Of a stretch of DNA of 64,000 nucleotides, positions 1-13,578 are shown piece by piece (position 1 is the stretch's first letter; every line of letters begins with the position of its first letter). The DNA is taken from the NCBI GenBank assembly GCA_964016885.1, contig OZ024743.1:40858001-40922000 (forward strand). Reading direction: 5' to 3'. Both the position numbers and the translations under genes were made by a program. Source of the DNA: Eledone cirrhosa. Lineage: Eukaryota. The notes under the pieces were generated by a model. The model saw only the letters and a list, made by a program, of their open reading frames with translations, searched no databases and was not told where the DNA came from.

Positions 1-1602
1 TTTAAATGAAAAGTGTTATATACCGGGTTTTTATCCGTATTGCAATGTTGCTGCTATCATTGTGGTGGATTTTGATAGAGTTGCTTTTGTCGTTGTCGGT
101 GATGTTGTCGTTGTCTGTTGCTGTTATTGCTTGTGATGGCGTCGTGTCAGCTGTTTTCACTATTGCTGTTGATATTGTATTTATTGTGTGAGTGTTCTCT
201 ATATTGTTGTCGTTGCTGATGTTGCTGTTGTCGTCAAATTTGTAATCATGTGGCTGCTCTCGTCGTTGTTGTTGTTGTGGTTGTTTGTGGCTATTTAAAA
301 AATATTTTACTTGTTATTGTGTTAACCCTTCTTGTGATGGTAGTTATTACGTTTAACATTTTTATTGTCATCATTTTGTTTTTGTCTTGTTACTTATCTA
401 TTTCATCGTGTCTTTGACTGTATTTGTGAATTTAATGTTGCTAACGCAGTTCGATGGAATACTTGTAATCTAAAAGCTTCGTAGTCTCATGTTACATACC
501 TAACATTTCAGTTTTAAATCCAGAGAAAATTCATAAAGACTCCATATTTTATTAATTCATCATATTATATATATTAAATATTATTTATGAGTGGAACATC
601 CTCCTGTGCAATAAATCCAATGACGTATATATAGAATATCAGTGGTTATTTCTTCTTGATTTAAATCAATATATTTTTTGTTTTCTTACAGATGGGAGAT
701 TATGATGTATCCTCTGTCGGTTTGGACAAGGTGTGCTCCAGTTAAGTAATCTACAGGATTACGTACTCAGAGAAAAGATGTATTATACTGTGATTTTTAT
801 TCTACATACATTTATAGACCCATGACTTATACTCAACAAAGGGAAGTCAATGGGGATTTGAAAAAGAACACCCATATATATTTATATACATGAACACAGA
901 ATATATATATTTTTTACTGACATGGTGGCAAAGTTCCGGTTTTCATGAGCGTCATGTACAATACATTATGACTCTCTCTCTCCTATATATATATATATAG
1001 GACAACAAGCACTTTACAAAGGCAGGCCATCCCTTCAACGAATTTCCTGCTTCAATGAAGCCAGCCAACTAAATTCTGCTAGCCATGTTAATGTCTGAGC
1101 AGGGTTTGTTTAAGTTCCATTTTCTAGACCTTTCAAAGTGGTATGGTTGAGCAAAGAATACACAAACAGGGCTGCTCAGAAACACAAGACTCCACCGAAG
1201 CATGCTGCTATTCAGGTTTACAGTACAGTGACGTCAGGATATGACTTGAGCCACCTATGTGTGGATTTGTGACTATGTGCTTCTAACCGGTTGAGTGTGC
1301 GCCGATGCGACTCGTCAGGCGCTGCAAGACTTGTAAAGAATTAACTGCACATAAAAATGGTAAAGCTACGTTATTGGGCTACACACAGAGCACACACTCC
1401 ATCGACGAATTTATATGTATACTGACAAGGTAAAGCAAGATAGTTACGAGGAATGCAGGTGTTATTGTCATATAGTTTAACCTCTGTAGGTGGTGTAGCC
1501 GTACTCATCAAGCTAGGGCGGACGCGCTAGCGTCCGAAACGTTAGGGGCCTCTTCCTGCTATGTCAAGTACCGATTGTGCTGTTAGTTCTGTTTACCTTT
1601 TG

Positions 1603-1763
<161 letters not shown>

Positions 1764-1870
1764 TTAAACATAGTCTGAAATACATATATGCGTTTGGCTA
1801 ACTTTCACGGTGTGGCTCAATGAAAAATTAATTAAGCAAATAATCATTAATCAGAGGTATATATAAAATT

Positions 1871-2520
1871 GCAAGTTTGAAGAACTATTAGATAAAATAT
1901 ATATATCATTTACTCTCCCTAGTCCGTACAAATCAACCACATAAATAATCACCTAAATGAGGCTATAAGTTTCAAATGTAACTGAAAAAATAATAGACAA
2001 ATGATACAGACTATCTTCCGCGAGGAACAGCCACATACAATTTAGTTAGTTATTAATTTTAGCCCGTAGAAATTGACTAGACAAATAATCACCTATACGG
2101 AGTTAGGTATAAAAAGAAATTTGAAGAAAAAATGCATATAAACTTTACCAACATTCCTCTAGTCTCGACTACCGGTAGTTTCGTTCCTTTTCTATGGATA
2201 TACCCGATCTTGGATTTATCCACGAGGCCTGGAACTGATCAAGAGACGCCTCAGTCTGGACTAAATTTTCTACCGTGATCCCCTCCAGAAATGAATTCAA
2301 AATATTTGTCTAGTCAATTTCTACGGGCTAAAAGAAATAACTAGGTCAATTTTATCTGGCTGACCCTCGCGGAAGATAGTCTGTATCATTTGTCTATTAT
2401 TTCTTCAAAGTTACATTTTAAACTTATAGCCTCGTTTAAATGATTTTTATGTGGTTGATTTATAGGGACTACCGAGAGCAAATGGTGTATATATTTTAAC
2501 TAATGGTTCTTCAAACTTGC
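1871..2520. mobile_element. Fold-back element with imperfect ~215 bp inverted arms (1871-2087 / 2303-2520), probable PLE pseudo-LTR remnant
   Basis: gcaagtttgaagaac...gactagacaaata is the reverse complement of tatttgtctagtc...gttcttcaaacttgc. TA-rich flanks and an HHR-like motif in the spacer. Confidence 0.85.
2162..2247 (-). ncRNA. Type I hammerhead ribozyme with variant/decayed core
   Basis: Minus strand: GUCUC-UUGAUCA-GUUCC...GGAAC-GAAA-CUACCGGUAG-UC-GAGAC. Stems I, II and III all pair. The core is UUGAUCA rather than CUGAUGA or UUGANAA. Confidence 0.65.
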
Positions 2521-3000
2521 TATTATATATATATATATATATTAATTTCGTTAAGTATATATATTAATTTCGTAAGTCCTGTAACAAGTCTCACTATTTA
2601 ACCTTAATAAATGAATATTAAAACTCTTTTTCTGTATAGAGTACTCTTTTCTCCCACCCTTCAAAAACAACGAATATCTATCTATCTATATTTTACACAT
2701 ATAAAACATGAAACCGTTCACATTATAATATTTTCGTGGTAAAATTCTTCACATATATAATAAACACTTGCACATACACACACAGAGAGGTAAAATAGAG
2801 AAATAGACAGATAAAGGGCAAATGAAGTAAGGTGAGCGAGAAGATAGATATAGAGTGTGATATAGCATGGGTGACATAACTAGTTAGTACAGAAAATTGT
2901 CATACCACATATTGCAAAAAACGAAGCAAACATGAAAATAGAAATGAATGATTTAAAAAAGATGTATTCATGATCAAATTTAATTGAAGTATTACTAAAA

Positions 3001-3191
<191 letters not shown>

Positions 3192-3468
3192 GTAAAAGGA
3201 GAGAGAGACGGAGAGAAAATGAAATTTATTCATATATACGTAAACGCACACACACATGTATAATGGTAATTGAAAAAAATATATGGTACAACGTACATGA
3301 GACGCACGCACCAGTGGAAATGTGAGATGGGATTTACTTAGGTGAATATATATTCCCATAGAATATATGACTTTGTGCATAACAGACATGGTTGAGAGGA
3401 TTACATTTGACATGAAATACATGTTCATGAATATTGATGACTGTTACATCAATATCATTATATATATA

Positions 3469-3522
<54 letters not shown>

Positions 3523-3532
3523 AGTCTATTTA

Positions 3533-3615
<83 letters not shown>

Positions 3616-4086
3616 ATGGAAGTATTTGCACACATGGATATATATGTGTGGGTGTGTGCGTGCGTGTTTGTGGATAGGTGCGTGTGTTTTCAACATTTTC
3701 AAAATTTATGTATACCCTCAGATCATCTGGTTTAGTGTATGTACCCACAGGCACATACACTCACTGCCATATATATATATTATACATATAGAAATATTTG
3801 AATGAGTGCAAAACTTACAGTAATATATAGATAAAAATAAATGTATTATATGAATATATATATATATCTGTATTCAACTTGTCTCTCTCTTTCTCTCTCT
3901 CTATGTCACTCTCTCTCTAATTATATATATATATATATATATTCTTACGTCTACTGATCTACTCATGTTTAAGAAGAATAAAGAACCTTTATATATATTT
4001 AGAAGAAAGGATTTGAAAAAGAATTCGAAAAATATGATATATAATTTGTTCACATATTTTCAATGTTCATTCAGTTTAAACTTGAC

Positions 4087-4173
<87 letters not shown>

Positions 4174-4664
4174 TCCCCCACAGACATATATATACATATA
4201 TATAAATATTATATATATATATATATCAGATCAAAACTGAAATCAAAATATAGGACACAATGAAAAGCGAAGACAAATTCATTTACGAAACAATAATACC
4301 AACAAATATTGTTCATTGCATTGGTCAGGCGAAACAATGTTTCTAGGAGAAGTTGAGTGTTGCTATAAGTAAGAAAATAGGACGCCCATTAGGGTGTCTT
4401 AATATTATTCAAATTTGCTGAAGTGTTGTGAATAGGCATCATCTCTTGTCATTTACCTGTGGTTTTAATTTCATATAAATCGAAGGGAACATTTTTCAGC
4501 GGTATTTTGAGCCCTCAGGTAACCTTTTGATTAAAATGATTTATACGTAAGATATCAAAGGGGCATGAGCCCCATACACGTGTCATATATCATCAAGATC
4601 GGATCGGTAGCTTTTGAGTTTTAGGTTCACAAACAAACAAACAAACAGACAGAAATTGGCATTA

Positions 4665-4744
<80 letters not shown>

Positions 4745-4745
<1 letters not shown>

Positions 4746-4945
4746 TAGGAAAATGTTCAAGACCCCGACGGCAGAGCTCAAGCCGTTTCGACGGCTATTT
4801 CTGGAGTCCAGAAATAACCGTCGAAACGACTTGAGCTCTGCCGTCGGGGTCTTGAATGTTTTCCTATTACCCACTCTAATACCCTAAGTATTGAGTACCC
4901 TGTGCGTTATGGTCCAACTGGTTCCTTACCACACCTCCTTCGTTA
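4745..4945 (+). mobile_element. PLE-like terminal fragment: ~120 bp palindrome (4745-4866) carrying an HHR 3' half, plus a conserved tail
   Basis: ataggaaaatgttcaagaccccgacgg...ccgtcggggtcttgaatgttttcctat. The tail taagtattgagtac...ccttaccac recurs inverted at 13410-13490, 60078-60160 and 61327-61390. Flanked by (TA)n. Confidence 0.75.
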
Positions 4946-4946
4946 T

Positions 4947-5026
<80 letters not shown>

Positions 5027-5358
5027 TAGCGAGAATCGTATTTCGGCTTAGGAATTAACGAAAAACAACTTCCGAGATGCGTGGCAATCGCTCGATGATT
5101 CAGATGAATCAGAGCTACAACATACGTTAAATACCAAACACACTGATGGTTAAACAAACATCCGCACAGCCAAAGAAACGACCAAGTAATTCGGGTCAAA
5201 CAATAAAAATATATGTTATTGAAAATTTACCCGGACCCCTGGAGGTTGGTAAAATCCAGTATTTGGGTTTCTGTGACTCCATAAATCAAGTACTGTCCGC
5301 TTACATAAAGAATGTTAGGCTTCTGGTAAGATGATTGGACAAGGAAGCCACTTTATCA
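5027..5358 (+). repeat. Dispersed repeat family with degraded ORF-like content
   Basis: Similar in reverse orientation to 57917-58400 and 61392-62225 (gcgagaatcg.atttcggc and ctgtgac...aaatca motifs). Confidence 0.55.
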
Positions 5359-5835
5359 TATATATATGTGTGCATGTGTGTGTGGGCGTGTTAATTTGTG
5401 TTTGACTTGAAATATGTTGGTAGGTCCTTATGGAGGGGGCGAAGAATATAATTTCGATCCTACCATCACGTCAATTTCTGAATCAGAGACGGTATTTTGG
5501 TGACGCTTAAGGATTCAATTACTAAATTACCACTGTGCCGTCTGTCGCATTTTTCTGCCATAGGTGGTACGGGCTGGAATCGAATTCTGTCGATCGATTG
5601 GTTATTGATTATGTGAGACGATCTAAGCATTGTTGCATAATAAATGCAGATAGTAGATTCTGTACGCTCTCTTGTTGCATTAAGTGTGGCCAAAACTCGT
5701 GTGCAGGTTTAGATTTATGGTACCTATTTACGGGTGTTGTATTGAGGCGTTTAATCCCATGTCTATTCTGAAATTTTTACATAACCTTACCCATTGAGTA
5801 CTCTGACATGCAAAACTTCTGCTAGTTCCGTCAAC

Positions 5836-5836
<1 letters not shown>

Positions 5837-5919
<83 letters not shown>
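5837..5919. repeat. (TTA)n microsatellite
   Basis: Direct reading. Confidence 0.98.
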
Positions 5920-5925
<6 letters not shown>

Positions 5926-6118
5926 GGGCGGTGGATTGACAGCATCCGTAGAGGGTCGGACGCCATGCTTTGACGCATAGAGTTACGGTCGTTGCCATTC
6001 TGAGTTCAAATGCCGCTGAGGCTAACTTTGTCTTTCATCCTTACGGAGTCGATAAAATAAAGTACCAGTAATGCACTGGTTAATTGCTGGCCTTGTGCCA
6101 AAAGTAGAAACAATTATT
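5926..6118 (+). mobile_element. SINE with tRNA-like head and Meta-domain-like core
   Basis: B-box-like gagttcaaat followed by ctttcatccttacggagtcgataaaataaagtaccagt. Several copies in this window. Confidence 0.8.
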
Positions 6119-6141
6119 ATAATTATATATATATATATATA

Positions 6142-7327
6142 TCTAATATATATTTGTGAAATGGGTGGTGGTTGAAATTCAGTTGTGCACGGTTAAATGG
6201 TAGCAGACGTGGTCGGACGGACATGAAAATTTACACACCTATGTAAAAAGTGCCAAGGAAGCAAATACCTAACTTGCAAAATGTGGTCCCTAGGGCCTCA
6301 AAACGGTCTATTTACTATCGCGTTCTAATACTTTCAACATTATTTACAATTTCATACACATTTTTAAACTCGTCAATTTCTTTCGCTGCGTTCTTTCGCT
6401 GTTAACATACAGTACCGTTTTATGAAATCGATTCTGCAGTACCATTTTACGAAATGCCAAACCGAAAACGGACACTGTTTTCCATCAAAAGAAATAAAAC
6501 CCTTAAATTGCGAAGAAGGGATTCATGTTCTCAAGTACGTTTTTTCCGATATGATTTTCATTTTAATTCTAATACATGTTAACCACCACTAACAGTAAGT
6601 AGTATTTTTCAAAGTCAAATGAAAAGTTTAAAGTTTTCATTTTTCAATTACAGTTGCACTATATTAAATTCAAATACTTCTATAACGATCATACAGTACC
6701 GTTTTATGAACTTAATGAATGGGATCTATAAGCCTTTTGGTCGCCGAGTTAATTCATTCAGTTTTTTTTTTAATATTCATTGTCTTATTTAAAAACGGTT
6801 GTCTTCTAGAGTACGTTTCATTTTCATTTTTCAAATACAGTTCCTCTATATTAAATTTAAATACTTCTATAACGATCATACAGTACCGTTTTATGAAATC
6901 GATTCTGCAGTAGAAATTTACGAAATGCCAAACCGAAAAAGGTCACTGTTTTCTAACAAAAGAAATAAAACCCTTACATTGCGAACCCCCTGTTCTAATA
7001 CTGGGGTTTAGTTATTTCCCCCTCTTCCAATAAACGTCTAATATATAGAGGCTCCTCTTACTGACCAGGGCAATGAAAATGTAAACTATCATACAAACTT
7101 TCATAATATGGATTTTTAAACTTGCACATCAACAACATTGCTATTTCGCTGTTAATAAACAACGCTTTTCACGTCGCTCCATTTCTCATTTTACGCCGTC
7201 CAGCCCCAAGTGCATATTTCTATTTTTTTCCCTAATACTGCTTCTTTATAATAAACTTTCAATAATATTTTTCAAATTATTAACTTAATAAAAAGTGGCC
7301 CTGGGTGCAACCGGGCTCAGCTGCTAG
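6142..7327 (+). mobile_element. Non-autonomous Helitron-like element
   Basis: A|TCTAATATATA 5' end and a 3' hairpin gccctgg-gtgcaa-ccgggc followed by CTAG|T. Internal repeats of catacagtaccgttttatgaa at ~6407, 6690 and 6876. Confidence 0.75.
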
Positions 7328-7402
<75 letters not shown>

Positions 7403-8311
7403 GCGTCTGTGCGTCTATTTACCTGCGTCCGTTTGTTTGTGAGTATATAAGTTCCCCTAATTTCGCGTCGATCGAACAGAAAGATAAGATGCTGAAAGAT
7501 TTATTTAATATGGCTGAATTTGTTCTTATGTCAAACAGTGTGAACTAGACTCTTTATGTTTAAACGTTCTCATGTAGCATTCCAGTATGAAGTGGTCATG
7601 ACACCTAGTATAGAAATGTCACAATAGATATAAATATGTGGTGAATCGCGCGATGATGGATATATGTTTAATATTTTGTTTACTTCACTCTACGCACTGA
7701 TCTAGCAGATTGTTTGATGGTATTTGACATATGTTTGTCAGATTTATAAAATATATTTTACTAATAACCTTTCCACTCTCCCACCCTATCTCAGACCTTA
7801 TAGCTTGTCATAAGTAATTAATATCCGTTCGCACATATTATGTGTGCATGTACGTGTGTGCGTGTGATTGTTTGTATATATATACACATGTATTCAAGTT
7901 TATGCGTGTATATATATACATATATATATATATATATAGTCACTCTGATGAAATTTCTAACCATAAATGTTGATATCATATGGCATATTCTCTCATCGGG
8001 TGTTTATTACTCGAGAATCCATAATATGTTCTTTTTTTTTAAGACACTTTTGATAACAATCAATCCAATATTGTCCTCCGTCGTATGATGCAAAATTGTT
8101 TGTGTTAAACTGCTCATATAGATTTTAAAATCTCTAAACATATTTTTATTTAAGAATCTTTGTACAGTTTTATTCAAAACGCCAACTTAAAATGCGAACG
8201 GCATTTTATTAATGAACCTAAATATACAATACAACATTTAATTAGAATTTATCGGCAGCATCATTCAATTAAAATACCTTGTGAAACAGAAAAGTCACCG
8301 TAACCTAAGTG

Positions 8312-8405
<94 letters not shown>

Positions 8406-8526
8406 CGTTTCTGAATTTATAAGTTTGTAAATTTGTAAATTTATAAATTTATAAATATATAATAAATTGAAGTGAAAGCATCTGGTGCGTGTGTTTCTTA
8501 TTGGCAACATGACCCTCCCAAAGTAT

Positions 8527-8565
<39 letters not shown>

Positions 8566-8679
8566 TTTTGGAGGTTTTTTATATGAAATCGTCTGTCGAA
8601 ACAAATATTGTTATGATATAGACTGACCAACGGTCAAAAATACAGATATAATATAGACACAAACACATATATATAGTCT

Positions 8680-8721
8680 AACAAAGTTCTTTCGTTGCAT
8701 ATCTGCAACATCGTCAGTGGT
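8680..8721 (-). ncRNA. Minimal type I hammerhead ribozyme in a PLE 3' region
   Basis: Minus strand: ACCA-CUGACGA-U-GUUGCA-GAUA-UGCAAC-GAAA-GAAC-UU-UGUU, with one stem I mismatch. Homologous to 11174-11216. Confidence 0.65.
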
Positions 8722-9004
8722 GCTATTATGTTTCTTCCTATTGTATTGTATGTCTACGCCATCTTTATTTAATACGTTTATTTATTTATTTATTTATCTA
8801 TTTTTGTCCTCTTCTCTGCGTATGCATTTGCGTGTATGTATAGTATTTGATGTGTGTTCGTGTTTGGATGACTGTGTTTTGGTTATTGTATTCTATCTTA
8901 GTTTACTAGTGTGTGTTTATATGTGTTTGTTGTTATTGTGTTTGTGTATATATTTATTTATTTATTTATTTATACTTCTCTTAGGTCAGTATTGTTTGTT
9001 TTGT

Positions 9005-9570
9005 TTGGCTGTTGTTGTTATTCCATTCATTTTTTCTGTTTAGCTTTGGCCTTCTAAGTTCTATTTCGCTGAACTCTCTGATTTCCCTATCTGCTGGGTC
9101 ATTTCTATGTTTAGATATTATTCTAATTTCTATGTTGTCTATGTTACCGTCGTGTTGTTGTCTGGCGTGTTCGTATAGTACTGAGCCGTATTTTCGTCCT
9201 TTTAGCCCCCCCCCCCCCAGTGATGGTCTATCCTTTCACCTATGCTACGGACTGTCTCACCTATGTATGTTGTTGTCAGGTTTCTGCAAGTACCCTCTGT
9301 ACATCTTATGCTATAGACTACGTTTCTAGTTTTACAGTTTTTGCGGAGGTTTACTTTACATATAATACATTTCCTATTGGTACAGTGGGTTTTCTTAAAA
9401 GGGTAGGTTTTGCTGATCAGGGATTTTATGGTGGTTCCTGGCTTTTCTATCACCTTAACCTTTAAGTGGGTCTTTCTCAGGGCCTTTCTACACTGGGCAG
9501 CTAATTTCCCTCCAGGGGTAGCGTTCACGAACATGAAACTCTGGGTATCTCTGGTTGTCATACCATGAGG
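9005..9570 (-). pseudogene. Penelope-like element GIY-YIG endonuclease remnant (Nematis-like)
   Basis: FVNATPGGKL...KVKVIEKPG...PF..THCTNRKCIIC...NVVYSIRC...YIGETVRSIGERIDHH, frameshift at poly-G, then SVLYEHARQQH...RPKLNRKNEW. Confidence 0.9.
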
Positions 9571-9593
9571 TGGCTTTCCCTATATTATGTGTA

Positions 9594-9632
<39 letters not shown>

Positions 9633-9674
9633 TATATATATATATATAAATATATACCCATATATATATATATA

Positions 9675-10560
9675 CTAGCATTAAAGCCCGGCGTTGCTCG
9701 GTGTCAGTAAGTTACCAAAGTTTGGTTGCACCAGCCATTTTATGGCGGCACTTTTTTGTCTGCCAGGCACTGGGTGAATGAATTGCAGGCCTGGACTGCC
9801 GAAGCAGGAGCTGCGCCAGCAGTGACAATTGTAGTTTTGCCTATGGATATTATCTCTGAACAAAGAAGTGTTGAAATTTATTGTTTCACAGTACTTGCGC
9901 AACACGCACGTAGACGATGCCAGCCGAACAATAGAGCTGCGATGGAGTTGTTCTGCATAGTTGTCTAATGTGTGTTTTCTAAATTTAAGACAGTAGGGAG
10001 GGGTGTGATATGGGGGAGAGTTAGCTGCTGTTTCTAGCAGGTTTAGTGACCTCATAGAGGATATGTGTTTTCTAAATTTAAGACAGTAGGGAGTGGTGTG
10101 ATATAGGGGGAGTTAGCTGCTGTTTCTAGCTGGTTTAGTGACCTTATAGAGGATATGCTTTCTAAATTTAAGCTAGTAGGGAGGGGTGTGATATGGAGGA
10201 GAGTTAGCTGCTGTTTCTAGCAGATTCAGTGACCTCATAGAGGATATTATTGTGTATAGTAAATAAACTGATACTTCTTTCTTCCACGTTCGTTGAGAGG
10301 TTTAAAAATGATTTATCGCTCTTTTTTTGTTGTTGAATGAATTTATCTGTTGCTTTGGAATAATTGTTGTTTCGTATGAAATGTAATAAGTTCTCTTTGT
10401 CATTGAAGTAAATAAATGCTTGACCGTTCCACACTCAAAACCAAACGTTCTCTCTCTCTCTCACTCTCTCTCCTTCTCACTCTCTTCTCTCTCTCTTCGG
10501 CGTTCCTAAAGAAGTTTATAAGCATGTATGTAGTTTTATCGAATTTTAAGGAGACTAGAT
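9675..10560 (-). mobile_element. Non-autonomous Helitron-like element
   Basis: Minus-strand 3' end ccgagcaacgccgggctttaatgCTAG|T. Putative TC start near 10559. Confidence 0.6.
9969..10246. repeat. ~91 bp minisatellite x3 inside the Helitron-like element
   Basis: ttttctaaatttaagacagtagggag...gttagctgctgtttctagc...gacctcatagaggatat occurs three times. Confidence 0.92.
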
Positions 10561-10656
10561 AGAGAGTAAATCAGATTGTATTAGAGGAGTAAAGCGTCAT
10601 GTATTTAGTGTTATCGATTATTTCCTGTATTTGTGGGTGAGGTTGAATGAAATAAA

Positions 10657-10955
10657 TATAGCATAAGATGTACCGAAGGACAATGTAGAGATACAAATAT
10701 AGTATACATAGGTGAGACAGCTCGTAGTATAGGGGAACGGATAAATGAACTCTGGCAAGACCTTCAAGATAGTAAATAATCATCTGTACTCCACCAACAT
10801 GCTAAAATAGAACATAAGGGTAAATTAGAGAAGATAGAAATAAAAATAGAATCTACACACAGAAAAGACGCAATGTTTAGACAAATCACAGAGGCAATAA
10901 ACATAAATGAACTTCATCCAAAATTAAATAGAAAACATGAGTGGAACAGCAACAT
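10657..10955 (+). pseudogene. Penelope-like element GIY-YIG C-terminal remnant (Nematis-like, second subfamily)
   Basis: Manual translation: YSIRCTEGQCRDTNIVYIGETARSIGERINEL...*SSVLHQHAKIEH...RQITEAININELHPKLNRKHEW, with an internal stop. Confidence 0.88.
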
Positions 10956-11173
10956 CACAACTTACAATTAAGGACAACATGAAAACACACACGCACATAG
11001 AACAAACAACAAATCAGTAACATGTAAATAAACAAATAAATAAACGAATATAAACACACACAGACACGCGGATGTAAAACATGCGCAAACTAAGCACACA
11101 ACACACACACAAAAACAAGATGGCGTAGGACAGAACAAAGGAGAGGCACAAAAACAAAGAAAAAGAATCCTCA

Positions 11174-11216
11174 GTCACTGAAGAGGTCACAGCATGTGTG
11201 ACGAAAGAACTTTGAC
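11174..11216 (+). ncRNA. Minimal type I hammerhead ribozyme in a PLE 3' region
   Basis: GUCA-CUGAAGA-G-GUCACA-GCAUG-UGUGAC-GAAA-GAAC-UU-UGAC, about 220 nt downstream of the GIY-YIG remnant. Confidence 0.75.
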
Positions 11217-11261
11217 AATATATAAACAATCATCTGGTTGTGGAACCAATCAACCAAACGG

Positions 11262-11362
11262 AAATTTATAAATTCCTAAATTTATAAATGTATTAGAATA
11301 AATTGAAGTGATAGCAACTGGTGCGTGTGTTTCTTATTGGCAACATGACCCTCCCAAAGTAT

Positions 11363-11368
<6 letters not shown>
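11262..11368 (+). repeat. PLE tail segment, duplicated at ~8440-8531
   Basis: aataaattgaagtga.agca.ctggtgcgtgtgtttcttattggcaacatgaccctcccaaagtataacaa followed by (TA)n in both places. Confidence 0.85.
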
Positions 11369-11431
<63 letters not shown>

Positions 11432-12021
11432 CTTGTATTTACCATTGTACATAAATTCTAAACATGAGTAAAAAGAATTCACGAGTAAAAAGATTCCAGA
11501 AGTCAATATTTAGATATAGCGAATAGCATATTCTTTAATGCTTACCCATATTTTGAATACATTAATATTTTCAATAATAATTATTCACTCGACAAATTTG
11601 ATGATGAATAATCCAGTTGTGTAATCCTTGATATATCCTACCTGTTATATGAACGCATGCCTGGACATTAAAAAGACACATGTACTCTTACCACACGACT
11701 CAGGGATATTCAGCGTGACATATTTTGCATGTCTTCCCTTTTGAGTTTTAAGTAAATTCGACCCTCCATCGAGCTTAGAATCAGTCTGTTTTCCGAATAT
11801 TACACTCAATGTTTGGGTCAACCGTACGCTTTAGTTAAAACAACAACAAAGACAACTGTTTAAGAAGAACTAAACCCCTCCTATTCTCTCAGTCACATTG
11901 CTGGGCACATAACTAATAACAAATTAGTACATTTGCATGATACCGACATTAACAAAGTAAGAGCCACTTTTATAAAGCTGTATAATTTCCCTTTTGTATT
12001 CTTAAATTAATTTGTCGAAGG

Positions 12022-12155
12022 GTGTTCCAATTCGTTGATCAACGGAACAGCCTGCTCACAAAATTAATGTGAAACTGCCTGAGCACTCCACATATATATA
12101 TATATCGATTCGCATAATTCTCAGGTTTATTCAGTGAGTCCGGTGTGTGACACCG
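12022..12155 (-). mobile_element. Decayed SINE-like repeat of a second family (relatives ~25760-25860, 28370-28620, 32630-32855, 50260-50320)
   Basis: gatcaacggaacagcctgctc...gagcactccaca motif, with reverse-complement-like matches elsewhere in the window. Confidence 0.5.
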
Positions 12156-13375
12156 GACTCAATGAATAACCCCGCTGCAGGAACAGTCGATTGGACGCTC
12201 ATTCAGTCAGTGTAAGTCTCCCCATTGTCTGTCACGTCAACATTTGTTGAAGTTCCAAGAAACATTTATTTATATAAGAGAGTCTCTAATAGGTGTTTCA
12301 ATGCAGTTACGTAACAGTATTGGAAATACATTTGCAAATAAATGTTTATTGGAGTCTCAACAAATGTTGCCTAGATTTTCTCAATATCCTGTTTATACCA
12401 TAATATCCCTTGAAACATATGTAACGCATTTTTGTATCAACCAGCTATTCATGCTACACAATTCAATCGAATAATTTGTGAAAAACTAACTCGTAAGTTA
12501 TATCTTCCCTTTTGTTGCGCATATCCGCTTCAAGAAAAAAGAACCTCAATTCGGCTACAAAATGCGTCTATTTTCTCATACCCAGTGCCCACATATATAG
12601 ACTGTGACGTCCCACGCAAAACTATTGAAACACTCTCCGAGTTATGACGTAATATATATATTTTCTGGGCCCCCGTCTACTTACATGCCACCGACAACGG
12701 CATTGGTTTACAATACGCAACTCCTGCCTTACCTTTACATTGTGGACAACAGTTAATGTCCACGTTTAACACAATCCGTGTGGTGGTTTTCTTCATAATA
12801 AACATATTCACTTATACGTCTAAACCATTTCCACATATCCTCATAAACACTATCTATCTCAATCTCTCCAACATATTATTCATGTATTACTCACAACTTA
12901 TTATCTATTTTTACAATAAACACAAATTCACACGCTTCAAAGACCACTGCTCCTCACAACCTATGCACATAAAAAATGCTCGGAGCAACTTTTATTCATG
13001 CACAAATAACCAGAAATTCTCCTACAACTCTTTAAACCTAAACTTAAAATATCTACGTTCATCGCCTTTTCTCACTGTATCATTCGTTGTTTGTAAAAAC
13101 GCTAACACATACACAGGCATTCTACCAAATTCTGATTTAAATTCAATATACTGTTTCGGCTATAAAGAACAGTGCTTTTTTTTTCAGCTAAATTTCTATT
13201 TCCTGTGAATTGTTCTTGCCTTGACGAAAGACTATTCCCCTAAACATCGGGTTCTAATTGTTCTGCTTCTCACCATCTACTCCACCCATCGTTTATGCTT
13301 TGATTTGCGTTCTCCGAGACTTATGGATAGGACATTCATGATGTGTCACATGCTAAACAAATTATCAAATTATCT

Positions 13376-13413
<38 letters not shown>

Positions 13414-13497
13414 GGAAGTGGTGGTAAGATACCCGGTGGACCATAACCCACCAGATTACTCGATACTTGGCGTAGTAGGGCGAGTAACATGAAACGA

Positions 13498-13578
<81 letters not shown>

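Noticed and set aside
672-749. Good splice acceptor (ttttttgttttcttacag) followed by short open frames
   Set aside because: There is no recognisable peptide or partner exon, so it cannot be supported without RNA-seq.
1520-1550. HHR-like half GGACGC-GCTA-GCGTCC-GAAACGTTA
   Set aside because: The CUGANGA half is absent, so it is at most a decayed remnant.
13218-13252. TTGACGA...AAACATC HHR-like trace (similar weak traces at ~21205-21240, ~35606-35655, ~46625 and ~58560)
   Set aside because: Too many core and stem mismatches to distinguish from chance
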